A DNA stretch of 63,698 nt, filler included, from Limisphaerales bacterium (GCA_044225505.1; 4 parts of 4 records of this genome joined end to end with filler, not necessarily neighbours in it); one strand, 5' to 3'. Positions 11,351 to 20,871 are shown, counted from the whole stretch's first letter. Notes: generated from the sequence alone by a model not told the origin. Numbers and translations: made by a program.

Positions 11351-11381
11351 TCAATGCGAGAATCGCCGGTCAAATCGGACA
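11351..11381 (-). promoter_or_regulatory. Putative ECF-sigma promoter, copy A
   Basis: Minus strand TGTCCG-atttgaccggcgatt-CTCGCATTGA, 36 nt upstream of the ATG at 11315. Confidence 0.65.
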
Positions 11382-11517
11382 GCCAAATGTCGGCCGCCAG
11401 AGCCTGGATACCTTTTTTACGCATTCGGCGGCCACATTTGTGGACGACTTGCCAAAGCGTTGGTAACCACATGCTTCGCAACTACGCCGCGCATCTAACT
11501 TGCGTTTTCGCTCGGTG

Positions 11518-11920
11518 CTAGCCTTCGGCTCGACGAGTCCGCTCGATTCCCTCTCGGAGCCAAGCCCGGCCAAACCTCCAATACGCCGATGTCGTCGAGT
11601 TCAACCCGCCGTAGTTCGCCGCCATGCCGGACTGCCTGTTTCCTGCGGGCGCTATCGATCAGTATCCGGCGCATTGCTTCTGCTGCAGCGCCGAAAAAAT
11701 GGGCTCGGTTTTGCCAGCGAATCTCCTCGGGCGCAGCGACCAGGCGCAACCAGGCTTCATGAACCAACGCGGTCGGTTGTAACGTTTGGCCGGGCTGTTC
11801 TCGCGCCATTTTGGCCGCGGCGAGTTTGCGGAGTTCGTCGTAAACCAGCGGGAGTAACTCCTCGGCGGCGGCGGAGTCTCCTCGGTCGACCAAATCTAGA
11901 ATACGCGTCACTTCACTCAC
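11518..11920 (-). pseudogene. ECF sigma factor (TIGR02999 Rhodopirellula/Verrucomicrobium type) with region 4 deleted and frameshifted
   Basis: SEVTRIL...LLPLVYDELRKLAA...QTLQPTALVHEAWLRL...RAHFFGAAAEAMRRILIDSARRK is intact. After ELDDI the family C-terminus YWRFGRAWLREGIE appears in another frame, with its stop at 11518. Confidence 0.8.
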
Positions 11921-12075
11921 TTAAGGGAACCGGAATCTGAACGGCTTTGAGAACTACAATGAAGATATAGAACACGAACAAGACTTAGATGTCCAGGAGC
12001 GCTCGCTGCTCAGGTGGTGGCGTTCTGCCGAGTTTAGCGAGAAGTTTGGGGCGCAGCGAGATTCCTGCCGGGGTG

Positions 12076-13740
12076 TTAGCGAGATGGGTCCCGGGCAATA
12101 TAGAAGGCTCCAGGGGAGGGAGCCGTGGTATCGACGAATGTTTCCCCGGGGCGCAGCGTGCCAATTTTCTGCCAAGCTGAATTGGAAGCGGCCTCCACAT
12201 GGCTTCCGCGGAGCAGATCGTAGGTGCGGCCAGGAGTTCCTCCGCTCAAGGTTACATTGACAGGGCCGTTGGGAGTGACGTTGATTTTTGTCAGCATCGT
12301 CGGAGCCGCGACGGCGATCGACCTGGCCGCGAGGCCAGAACCTCGCTTGTAGACCACGGTGGGGACCGTTCGTCCAGACCCAATGATCGATAGGTCGCCC
12401 GAGCCCAATCCGACCCCATTGCTTCCGTTGAGCTTCCATTGCGCAGTGCCGTTCCTGTCCAGCTTTTGTCCCCGCAAACTGGTCGCCGTCGTAAAGGAAA
12501 GGAAGATTCCTCCCGCGCCATCCGTCACCATGGCCGGTTCCCGCTCGCTGGTTGAACCGTCCGGCACGGTCGCGCCACTTTCGCCCCACAGAAGCGTTCC
12601 GTCAGCGGCAATCTGCTGGACACGAATGTCGTGGGGCGTGCTTGAAACCCAGGCAATAAAAGCGCCCCCGGCACCGTTCGGCGATACGCAAGGGATTTGG
12701 TCCGTTAAGACGTTACCCGCGGCCAGGGTGATGCCGGTGGTGCCCCAGGGCAAAGTGCCGTCACCCGCCATTCGAAATACCCGCACGTCCCGGTTATCGA
12801 GAAATGCGACGATCACACCCCCAGCACCATCCGGGGCAAAGTTGAACGAGACGGTATCAGGAAGCGACGCGGTAAAGTCAACCGGTGTTGGCCAGACGGG
12901 CAGACCGTCCGTTCCAACGCGCTGGCATCGGAATCCTTTGCCATCTCGGATCTTGCCGAGGGCTAAGAATCCTCCCACGCCGTCAGGGGCGCTTCGGCCG
13001 CGGGTGATGCCGTTGATCGTTTGGATTCCTGAGCCCCAGAAATCTTCCTTCGTCGGATCGCCTGGATCCCAGACTCGTTCGCCTTGGCCAGTTAGCTTCT
13101 GTGCCAGCACCGGGTAGAGATCCGCATTCACGAAGGGTGCGGAGTCCCACCAGGTCACGACAAAACTGCCGTTGTCCGAGCGGTGGACAAATGAGAAAGG
13201 TTGTTCGGCATAAACGTTGCCGACAAAAACGCCGTTCGCTGTCCAGATGGGTTCGCCGGTGGGGGAAATGCGCTGAGCGAAAATAGCCGCGCGTTGACTC
13301 CGCGCGTCGAGCCAGGTAACTACCGCGCCGCCCTGGTCGTCCGGCGTGATCGCGGGCAGCGACTGAGTATTCGTCGCCACGCAGAGAGCGACGCCATTTG
13401 CGGACCACAACGGTCGGCCATCGACATCGAGTTTCTGCACGTAGATATCGCCACCGTCGCTTCCTTCCGCACGCGTGTCGCGCCATGCGATGTAGGTTCC
13501 CTCCGTATCGAAAGCCGCGTTCGCCTCCAGGGCAACTCCACCCACAGTCGACGCACGGAACTCCGTTTCTGGGCTGACCGTTTGCGCGGTGAGCAAACTC
13601 ATGGACACGCAAAGGAGCAGCAGAACCAGGATGGCGAACCGCAGCCCGACAGAGTAGGGGGGCGTTGGCATCTGAAGTCGCTCTGAACCTGGCGCGACAA
13701 GAGGAAACTGCGTGGCCGACGGGGAGGGCACGTTTTGCAT
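12076..13740 (-). CDS. Secreted repeat (likely beta-propeller) protein with DGxGG repeats and a C-terminal tail domain
   Basis: Signal peptide (true start may be MPTPP, about 13671). Recurring P-DGAGG-xxxxW / IxVQxIxxDGxxLW repeats. Confidence 0.75.
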   Translation of the reverse strand: MQNVPSPSATQFPLVAPGSERLQMPTPPYSVGLRFAILVLLLLCVSMSLLTAQTVSPETEFRASTVGGVALEANAAFDTEGTYIAWRDTRAEGSDGGDIYVQKLDVDGRPLWSANGVALCVATNTQSLPAITPDDQGGAVVTWLDARSQRAAIFAQRISPTGEPIWTANGVFVGNVYAEQPFSFVHRSDNGSFVVTWWDSAPFVNADLYPVLAQKLTGQGERVWDPGDPTKEDFWGSGIQTINGITRGRSAPDGVGGFLALGKIRDGKGFRCQRVGTDGLPVWPTPVDFTASLPDTVSFNFAPDGAGGVIVAFLDNRDVRVFRMAGDGTLPWGTTGITLAAGNVLTDQIPCVSPNGAGGAFIAWVSSTPHDIRVQQIAADGTLLWGESGATVPDGSTSEREPAMVTDGAGGIFLSFTTATSLRGQKLDRNGTAQWKLNGSNGVGLGSGDLSIIGSGRTVPTVVYKRGSGLAARSIAVAAPTMLTKINVTPNGPVNVTLSGGTPGRTYDLLRGSHVEAASNSAWQKIGTLRPGETFVDTTAPSPGAFYIARDPSR

Positions 13741-14082
13741 GGGTCTCTTTTAGCAATCCAACACCAGGCACCCAATACGCCTAAAGCATTAGAGGAGCGG
13801 TCCCGCCCGCTGCGGAGATAATCCTTCAGAAGTACCTGGCCGTTCCAAGCTCTTGAGACTCGCTGACAATCCTGTTTTCGACGCCATCGGCAGGCCGTCC
13901 CGCAGGAAATCGGTCTCAAGCTCGCTGCTCCGTTCGTCTGCGCCTGGAGAATCACGGAATCTTTCGTCGCGAGCGTTTTTCTTCGCAAACCATTTGCCAA
14001 CTCACTGGACCGGTGTTATAGCGCAATAGTTCAGAAGTTCCGTTGGCTTCGCATAAGGAGATTCGCGCAAAAGGGAGATCAT

Positions 14083-14718
14083 ATGCCAGACCATCCACAA
14101 CCCAATCCTCTCGACCCTTCACGCCGCAATTTTCTTCGCACCATGGGAGGATCCGCGGCCGTGCTCGTTTCCGGATGCGTTCCCGATCGCGCCCTTGACG
14201 CCGCTGCGGGGGATGCGGTCACTGGGGCTGTGGCCGAGAGTCCGAGGCTCGAGGGAACGGTCGCCGTGACGCTCCGGATCAATGGCAAGGATCATCAAGT
14301 CCGAATCGACCCGCGGACGACGCTGCTGGATTGCCTGCGCGAGACGATAGCGCTGACCGGGACGAAGAAAGGGTGTGACCACGGCCAGTGCGGCGCTTGC
14401 ACAGTTCATGTGAATGGTCGGCGGGTCAATTCCTGCCTCAACCTGGCGCTGATGCATGAAGGGAATGAGATTACGACCATTGAGGGATTGGGCTCGCCCG
14501 AGGCGCTGCATCCGATGCAAGCCGCTTTCGTCGCCTGTGATGCCTACCAATGTGGTTACTGCACGTCCGGTCAGATCATGTCCGCTGTGGCGTTGCTCAA
14601 GGAACCTTGCGGGCCGGACGACGCCGCGGTTAAGGAGTTGATGAGTGGCAACATCTGCCGTTGCGGTGCTTACCCGCATATCATCGCCGCGATTCAACAA
14701 ATCCGCCACCGCGCTTAA
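14083..14718 (+). CDS. paoA: Aldehyde oxidoreductase 2Fe-2S subunit (PaoA/YagT family), Tat-exported
   Basis: SRRNFLR Tat motif; GTKKGCDHGQCGAC, QCGYCTSGQ and GNICRCGAY. Confidence 0.88.
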   Translation: MPDHPQPNPLDPSRRNFLRTMGGSAAVLVSGCVPDRALDAAAGDAVTGAVAESPRLEGTVAVTLRINGKDHQVRIDPRTTLLDCLRETIALTGTKKGCDHGQCGACTVHVNGRRVNSCLNLALMHEGNEITTIEGLGSPEALHPMQAAFVACDAYQCGYCTSGQIMSAVALLKEPCGPDDAAVKELMSGNICRCGAYPHIIAAIQQIRHRA

Positions 14719-14734
14719 CGCCGGGACGCTCGCC

Positions 14735-15736
14735 ATGCACACTTTCGAATTTCTTCGGCCCACCGATACGACCGCGGCCGTGGCCGCCGCTGCCAAAGCC
14801 AAAACATCCCAGCAGGGCGCGGACGTGCGCTTCATGGCGGGAGGCACCACGCTGCTGGACTTGATGAAACTCAACGTTGAGACCCCAGCCCAGCTCCTCG
14901 ATATCAACCGTTTGCCGCTTGATAAAATCGAAGCGACCCCCGATGGCGGCCTCAAGGTCGGTGCCACCGTCCGCAATTCCGACCTCGCGAATCATGCCAC
15001 AGTTCAGCGGGATTACGCAGTTTTGTCCCAAGCCATCCTCGCGGGCGCTTCCGCCCAGCTCCGCAATATGGCAACCACCGCCGGGAATTTGCTCCAGCGC
15101 ACGCGGTGCATGTATTTTCGCGACACTTCCATGCCCTGCAACAAGCGCCAGCCAGGTACGGGCTGTCCCGCGATTCATGGCAGCAATCGTATGCTCGCGA
15201 TTCTCGGGACGAGCGAACATTGTATTGCAACCAATCCCTCGGACATGTGCATTGCTCTGGCCGCGTTGGACGCGACCGTTCACGTTCAAGGACCGGAAGG
15301 CATGCGCGCCATTCCAATCCTGGACTTTCATCTGTTGCCCAGAGAGACGCCCGAGCGGGAAACAGTGCTGGAACCGGGCGATCTCATTACTCACGTGACA
15401 CTTCCTCCCCCCGTCGCAAAGAGTAAACAGCTCTACTTGAAGCTTCGCGACCGGGCGTCTTACGAGTTCGCCTTGGCCTCCGCTGCAGTCGTGGTCGCCG
15501 TCGCCAACGGCAGGATCACCACCGCTCGCGTCGCGCTGGGCGGGGTTGGCACCAAACCGTGGCGTTCCCGCGAGGCTGAGGAAGTTCTGGTGGGACATCC
15601 TGCCCAACCGGAGAACTTTCGACGGGCAGCAGACGCGGCTCTGCGCGGGGCCAAGCCGCAAAGCGAAAACGCCTTCAAAGTCGAATTGGCAAAACGCTGT
15701 CTTTCGCACGCGTTGCAACTGGCCTCGGCTGCCTAA
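14735..15736 (+). CDS. paoB: Aldehyde oxidoreductase FAD-binding subunit (PaoB/YagS family)
   Basis: AGGTTLLDLMK, GASAQLRNMATTAGNLLQRTRC, a 4Fe-4S Cys insert (CMYFRD...CNKR...C...C) and KLRDRASYEFALAS. Confidence 0.88.
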   Translation: MHTFEFLRPTDTTAAVAAAAKAKTSQQGADVRFMAGGTTLLDLMKLNVETPAQLLDINRLPLDKIEATPDGGLKVGATVRNSDLANHATVQRDYAVLSQAILAGASAQLRNMATTAGNLLQRTRCMYFRDTSMPCNKRQPGTGCPAIHGSNRMLAILGTSEHCIATNPSDMCIALAALDATVHVQGPEGMRAIPILDFHLLPRETPERETVLEPGDLITHVTLPPPVAKSKQLYLKLRDRASYEFALASAAVVVAVANGRITTARVALGGVGTKPWRSREAEEVLVGHPAQPENFRRAADAALRGAKPQSENAFKVELAKRCLSHALQLASAA

Positions 15737-15750
15737 CGGAAGGAGCAAAC

Positions 15751-16568
15751 ATGCCCACAACTTCGGAAACCCCAGCCAAATCGCCCGTCGGACGCGACAC
15801 TCCGCGCGTTGATGGCCCACGCAAAGTCAGCGGCAGGGCGCTTTATACCGCCGATTTCCGCTTTCCGGGAATGCTTTACGCCATCCCTGTGGAAGCCCGG
15901 ATTGCTAACGGGAAGGTGCTCGAGTTGGATACGGCGGCGGCCGAACGGATGCCAGGCGTGCGTGCCGTGTTTCATCGTGCGAACATCGGGAAAATCTTTC
16001 GCGCGGTGCAAGGACCGGAAATGGAGGGGATCACCGACGAGCGGCGGCCTCCATTTGAGGACGATGTCGTCCGCTATTACGGGCAGTATATCGCCCTGGC
16101 CGTTGCGGATACTTTCGAGAGCGCCCGGGCTGCAGCGGATGCGGTGCGCGCAACTTACTCCAAAGAAACGCCCAACGTTGACACCGAGCTCCAAGCCGAG
16201 GCTGAACCCGATGTCGTATCCACCACGTTCGCCCCGCGCGAGCGACTGCAAAGTCAACGGGGCGATGCCGCGGGCGCGTTCCAAAGCGCACCCGTCCAAC
16301 TCGATGAGACCTACGTTACACCCGCAGAGACGCATAACCCTTTGGAACTGCACTCCACCACGGCCCTCTGGGAAGGGTCCAACCTGACGCTTTACGAATC
16401 GTCGCAAGGAATCTTCAACCTTCGGTCTGTCCTGGCGCAGATGTTCGGTGTTCCCAAAGAGAACGTGCGCGTCATCACTCAGTTCGTCGGTTCCGGCTTC
16501 GGGAGCAAGCTGTTTCCTTGGACGCAATGTCCGCTCGCCGCTGCCGCCGCGCGGCAGTTGGGAGCGCC
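15751..16568 (+). CDS. paoC: Aldehyde oxidoreductase molybdopterin subunit (PaoC/YagR family), 3'-partial at contig end
   Basis: RVDGPRKVSGRALYTAD, HNPLELH and QFVGSGFGSK; cut by the linker. Confidence 0.85.
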
Positions 16569-16668
16569 NNNNNNNNNNNNNNNNNNNNNNNNNNNNNNNN
16601 NNNNNNNNNNNNTTAATTAATTAANNNNNNNNNNNNNNNNNNNNNNNNNNNNNNNNNNNNNNNNNNNN
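16569..16668. other. Artificial contig linker
   Basis: N44-TTAATTAATTAA-N44, which places stops in all six frames. Confidence 0.98.
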
Positions 16669-16720
16669 GGCCCGACCACTCGGGTGGCGTTTGCCTAGGA
16701 CGGCGCGCGCCAGTTGCTGT

Positions 16721-18745
16721 TCAACCGATCTGTTGGGCCAGATCTCGAGCGCGTTCGACCAGGGCCAGGTCGTGCCGTAAATCCGCAAAGGCCAGCGGTG
16801 GCAGGCCGCTTTGTTGCTCGCCCAAGAGATCGCCTGGGCCGCGCAATTGCAGATCCACCTCGGCAATGCGAAAGCCGTCACTCGTCTCGGCGAACAAATT
16901 TAATCGTTCCAGGGCTTCGGGTGCCTGGCCATCTGCAACCACGATACAAAACGATTCGTGCGTTCCTCGGCCAATGCGGCCGCGCAATTGGTGAAGTTGA
17001 GCCAAGCCAAATTGTTCGGCGTTTTCAATGACCATTACGGTCGCGTTAGGAATATCAATGCCCACTTCGACGAGCGACGTGCTGAGGAGCACCTGGATTT
17101 GGTTCGCCTGAAACGCCGTCATGATCGCATCCTTTTCTTCGGCACGTAAGCGGCCGTGCAGTAAACCGACCTGAAACGGGGCCAACACTTCCTGCAAACT
17201 GGCATGTTCCCGAGTGACCGCTTTAACCCCGGGGGTCGACTCGTCGACGCGGGGCAAAATGATAAAGCCTTGGCGCCCTTCCTTGAGTTTAGTTCTGAGA
17301 AACTGCCAGACCTTGGGCAAACTCGCAGGCGTGCGGACGTAAGTTTTGATGGGGCTGCGTCCGGCCGGAAGCGTCTCGATCATCGAGACGTCGAGATCAC
17401 CGTACAAAGTCAGCCCGAGTGTCCGCGGGATGGGCGTTGCCGTCATGACGAGCAGATGCGGGTAATGCCCCTTGCGCAGCAGTGATTCGCGTTGGACCAC
17501 GCCAAATCGATGTTGTTCGTCAATGATGACGAGGCCCAGCTGATCAATCTGAAACGATTCTTCAATGAGCGCGTGCGTGCCGATCACAATGGCGGGTCGC
17601 GCGGGCGGCACGCCCGGGTTGGCCAGGTCGTGAGTCGTCAAGAGATCCGGAGTTGGCGCCCCGGTCTCCAGCGTCTTGCGCTGCCCCGTGTAGAGGTGTA
17701 CTGGGATCTGCAGCGGAGCGCACCATCGGGAAAACGTTCTAAAGTGCTGCTGTGCCAGGATCTCGGTCGGAGCCATCAGGATGGTGCTAAAGCCGCTTTC
17801 GACGGCGAGCAGGGCGCAACACGCCGCCACCACGGTTTTGCCAGCGCCAACATCGCCTTGCAGAAGACGGCGCATGGGCGCACCAGCTTTCATATCCCCG
17901 CGGAGTTCCCGCAGCACCTGGATTTGCGCTGGGGTCAGTTGGAACCCGAGCTGTGCGAGAAACGGCTTAATCAAAGTGTTTGTGCCTGGGCATGGCCGCG
18001 CCTGAGCCCGGGCCAAGAGTGTTTTGCGGCGCGCTTGAATGGCCCGCTGCAACTGGACTAATTCCTCGAGGGCGAAACGCGCGCGCGCTTGTTCGGCGTC
18101 GGGAAGTTCGGCAGGGAAATGCAGCGTGCGGATCGCTTGTTGGCGGGAGAGAAAGTCAGGGGTTAAAGCGGTGGGCCAGGTTTCAGGAAGGATCGGAGCC
18201 CGTTCCTCCAGCGTGCGCCAGATCAATGAACGGAGCCAGCGTTGAGGCAGTCCTTCGGTGAGCGGATAGACCGGCACGACTCGGTTGAGGTGAATCGAAA
18301 TCTCGGCGCCTGGCTCGATTACTTCGGTTTCCGGATGGTCCATCGAGCGAGGCTTCAAGTCTTTGAGTTTGCCAAAGACCAGCACCTCGTCGCCGGACGC
18401 AAAGTAGTTCTGCATGTAAGGCAGATTCCACCATCGGCAATGGAGCCGGGCGGTTCCGTCGTCGAGGATGAACTCAAAGACGGATTTGCGGCCTTTCGCG
18501 AATCGTTTTACACCCAGGGCGACGATGGTGCCGCGGACGGTTGCGGTCTGTTGCGGACTCAGGGCAGCGATGGAACAGAGGTGACGCCGGTCTTCGTAGC
18601 GGCGTGGGCGATGCCAGAGTAAATCGGCCACGGTCACGAGTTGGAGACGGGCAAGCTGTCCGGCACGCTCCGGGCCAACTCCATGAAGGGCCAGGAGAGA
18701 CTCGGAGAACCGATCGGGCAAACTCGCGGTTGGTCGGACGTCCAT
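16721..18745 (-). CDS. recG: ATP-dependent DNA helicase RecG
   Basis: Wedge/OB domain (PRRYEDR), RLLQGDVGAGKT, IIDEQHRFG, MTATPIPRTL, QLHQLRGRIGRG and DLQLRGPG. Start taken at MDVRP. Confidence 0.95.
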   Translation of the reverse strand: MDVRPTASLPDRFSESLLALHGVGPERAGQLARLQLVTVADLLWHRPRRYEDRRHLCSIAALSPQQTATVRGTIVALGVKRFAKGRKSVFEFILDDGTARLHCRWWNLPYMQNYFASGDEVLVFGKLKDLKPRSMDHPETEVIEPGAEISIHLNRVVPVYPLTEGLPQRWLRSLIWRTLEERAPILPETWPTALTPDFLSRQQAIRTLHFPAELPDAEQARARFALEELVQLQRAIQARRKTLLARAQARPCPGTNTLIKPFLAQLGFQLTPAQIQVLRELRGDMKAGAPMRRLLQGDVGAGKTVVAACCALLAVESGFSTILMAPTEILAQQHFRTFSRWCAPLQIPVHLYTGQRKTLETGAPTPDLLTTHDLANPGVPPARPAIVIGTHALIEESFQIDQLGLVIIDEQHRFGVVQRESLLRKGHYPHLLVMTATPIPRTLGLTLYGDLDVSMIETLPAGRSPIKTYVRTPASLPKVWQFLRTKLKEGRQGFIILPRVDESTPGVKAVTREHASLQEVLAPFQVGLLHGRLRAEEKDAIMTAFQANQIQVLLSTSLVEVGIDIPNATVMVIENAEQFGLAQLHQLRGRIGRGTHESFCIVVADGQAPEALERLNLFAETSDGFRIAEVDLQLRGPGDLLGEQQSGLPPLAFADLRHDLALVERARDLAQQIG

Positions 18746-19000
18746 GGCTGACCAAGATAAATAGTGGAGGAGCTTGACGAAGGCAATGGAGGTTTCCTGT
18801 CGCGTCGAAAGGCTTCCTTGAGATTTTGATTGGGAAAAGAGAGGAACGCGGAACGTACGCGGCCCGAGGCCATAGTTGGGGTGCCGCTTCAATCATCGGT
18901 CGCGTGGTCCTGGGATGGAGTTTATCCCCAGAAAACCAGTGAAACGCTCCGGCACACCAAAACCTCACAGAGCGTAGAAACGTTAACTGTTGCGCGGCAG

Positions 19001-19135
19001 CGTCTTGGAGTGCGGCAAAACCGCTGCCGCTGGGTAAGGTGGACGCGGGTGTCGGGGCGGTCAATCTCGGCGGGACCGTGCGATGGCGGCGCGGAGGGAA
19101 AAGCTGTAGAGGGCTCCAGCACTCCAAAACCTTGC
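19001..19135. repeat. REP-like extragenic inverted repeat
   Basis: TTGGAGTGC (19005-19013) pairs with GCACTCCAA (19119-19127). The left arm GTCTTGGAGTGCGG recurs at about 63325. Confidence 0.6.
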
Positions 19136-19246
19136 GGAGCGCAGGGTGTCACGGGGTGCGCGGAGGTGTCGGGATCGCAAGAATCCCTAGCGAATCGCAC
19201 GCACTTTGCACTTTGCTCTTGGCGGCGTCCGCCTAAGCTGGAGGCG

Positions 19247-19855
19247 ATGGCCGAAATGTCTGAGTCGCCGCTCGAACGGCTCTGGTCCGAATACAGCGCT
19301 GTGTTTAGGGATTTTGATGACCTAACCTTGGCACGCTGGATGTCGCAAACCCTGGGACAATTGCAGGGGCGTGTCTGGCGCTTCTCGCACCCGTTAATCG
19401 GCTCGTACCGGTTGGCCGCCCAGGTGGCCCACGAGCGCCAGGTTTGGCTCAAACGGTTAGCCAATTGTCCGGCGAGCTATCCGGAAGCCGCTTGCTGCCG
19501 GGCGCCGTTGCTGCCCTTGTTCACGCGGGACATTTTGGAGTCTGGGCTTGTCTGTCAGCATTGTGGCGCGACGGCCATTCCCTTTGACGAGATGCCCGAA
19601 GAGCTGCGGGTGGCCTGCCAGGCTTGGGCCGATGAATATGGACCGATCCACGCCGTGGCGCACTGGGACGACCGCCAACGAAAAAGTGCCGGGGATTACG
19701 ATCGCGCTTTTGAACAGGCGGCCTCCAACGCCGAACGATTGCTAGGCACCGCTGGACTGGAGCTGTTGCCCAAGTTCCTCGAGCATTATCCCGCAGCGGT
19801 TTGGGAAGATCAGGACGAGTGTCTGGAAGTGCGTCCGGAGGACCTGCCGACGTGA
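19247..19855 (+). CDS. Hypothetical protein with a CC...CxxC putative metal site
   Basis: GGAGG precedes the ATG; globular composition; ACCRAPLLP...VCQHCG. Confidence 0.75.
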   Translation: MAEMSESPLERLWSEYSAVFRDFDDLTLARWMSQTLGQLQGRVWRFSHPLIGSYRLAAQVAHERQVWLKRLANCPASYPEAACCRAPLLPLFTRDILESGLVCQHCGATAIPFDEMPEELRVACQAWADEYGPIHAVAHWDDRQRKSAGDYDRAFEQAASNAERLLGTAGLELLPKFLEHYPAAVWEDQDECLEVRPEDLPT

Positions 19856-20517
19856 TCCGGTTTTTCGTGCGCTGGGGATTTCGCCTGCTGGTGCTGGGAA
19901 TCGTCGGCATCGTAGCGCTCATTCTGCTTAAGGATACCCTCGCGAAGGCGCTTTTAGAGTCACAGATTGAATCGCGGACCGGAATGGACGTTCGCATTGG
20001 CAGCCTGGAAGTCGGACTGCTAACCCCCACCATCACCATCCAGAACGCGCGGGTTTACAATTTGGCGGAGTTTGGAGGGTCACCATTTGTGGAGGTGCCA
20101 GACTTGTATATCGAGTATTTTCCCGGGGCTTTTGTCCGCCGTGGCTTGCACTTCAAACTGGTGCGCCTTTCCGTTTCGGCGATGAACATCATCGAAGGCA
20201 AGGGCGGTAAGACTAATCTCGTGTTAGCCCTGCCTGACGGAGGGCCATCGACAGTGACACCGACGCCGGTCTCGGTGCTCGGCTTTCAATTTCAAGGAAT
20301 CGACACGCTCAACCTGACCTTGGGGACGGTCCATTACAGTAGCTTGCGGCGCCCCGGGCGGACAACCGAGGTGAGCTTGGCCCTGAAGAATGAGGTCATC
20401 CAAAACGTCACTTCGATCGAGCAACTCCGCGAATTGGTGGTTAAGAGTATGTTCCGTAAAGGCATCACCATTGTGACGGATGGACCGCAATCGCCACGGG
20501 CATCGAGCCGGAAATGA
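19852..20517 (+). CDS. AsmA-family (N-terminal) membrane-anchored protein
   Basis: GTGA overlap with the upstream gene; N-terminal TM helix, then IESRTGMDVRIGSLEVGL...ITIQNARVYN..EFG. Confidence 0.7.
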   Translation: MIRFFVRWGFRLLVLGIVGIVALILLKDTLAKALLESQIESRTGMDVRIGSLEVGLLTPTITIQNARVYNLAEFGGSPFVEVPDLYIEYFPGAFVRRGLHFKLVRLSVSAMNIIEGKGGKTNLVLALPDGGPSTVTPTPVSVLGFQFQGIDTLNLTLGTVHYSSLRRPGRTTEVSLALKNEVIQNVTSIEQLRELVVKSMFRKGITIVTDGPQSPRASSRK

Positions 20518-20553
20518 GGCGATTCCCGGTAGCTCAGTTCTCGCGCGTGCGCG

Positions 20554-20586
20554 TTTTAAGGTGCGCCAGCTCCTGGCGCTTTAAAA
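20554..20586. terminator. Possible bidirectional terminator
   Basis: TTTTAAG-gt-GCGCCAG-ctc-CTGGCGC-TTTAAAA between convergent genes. Confidence 0.4.
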
Positions 20587-20871
20587 TCCCGGAAAGTGCA
20601 TTCGGACTACGTTCCGGATCGGAATCGGATCTTAGTCATGATCGTGCTCGTGGATGGTTGGTTTGAGGATGACGAGATGGCGATCGCAGCAGGTCGGTAG
20701 GGGGTAGGGGTAATGAGGCGCCGACCGACGGCAATGCCGCCATGAGAACGCCGCCGAGAAGTACGAGCCACCTGCCTTGATCTTTGGCCACGCGCCACTA
20801 TATCACGAAGTCAGGACGCGCATCATCAGTTCGTGAATGCGATCGATCCAAGAAAAGGTGAAGAGCGACGA

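Noticed and set aside
16569..16668. Thrice-repeated TTAATTAATTAA within N runs as a biological repeat
   Set aside because: It is an identical 100-nt artificial spacer. It also explains the truncation of paoC, the 30565 gene, the ABC ATPase and the Fe-ADH.
18830..19246. N-terminal extensions of the 341-aa ORF and of recG (to 18892)
   Set aside because: The extensions are low-quality and overlap each other, the first runs through the REP-like element, and better downstream starts exist.
20523..20600. tRNA-like start TTCCCGGTAGCTCAGTT
   Set aside because: No anticodon arm, TTCGA T-loop or acceptor-stem pairing follows.
20607..20798. 63-aa Arg/Ser-rich ORF downstream of ggt
   Set aside because: GTG start without a clear RBS and no recognisable motif; cannot be supported.
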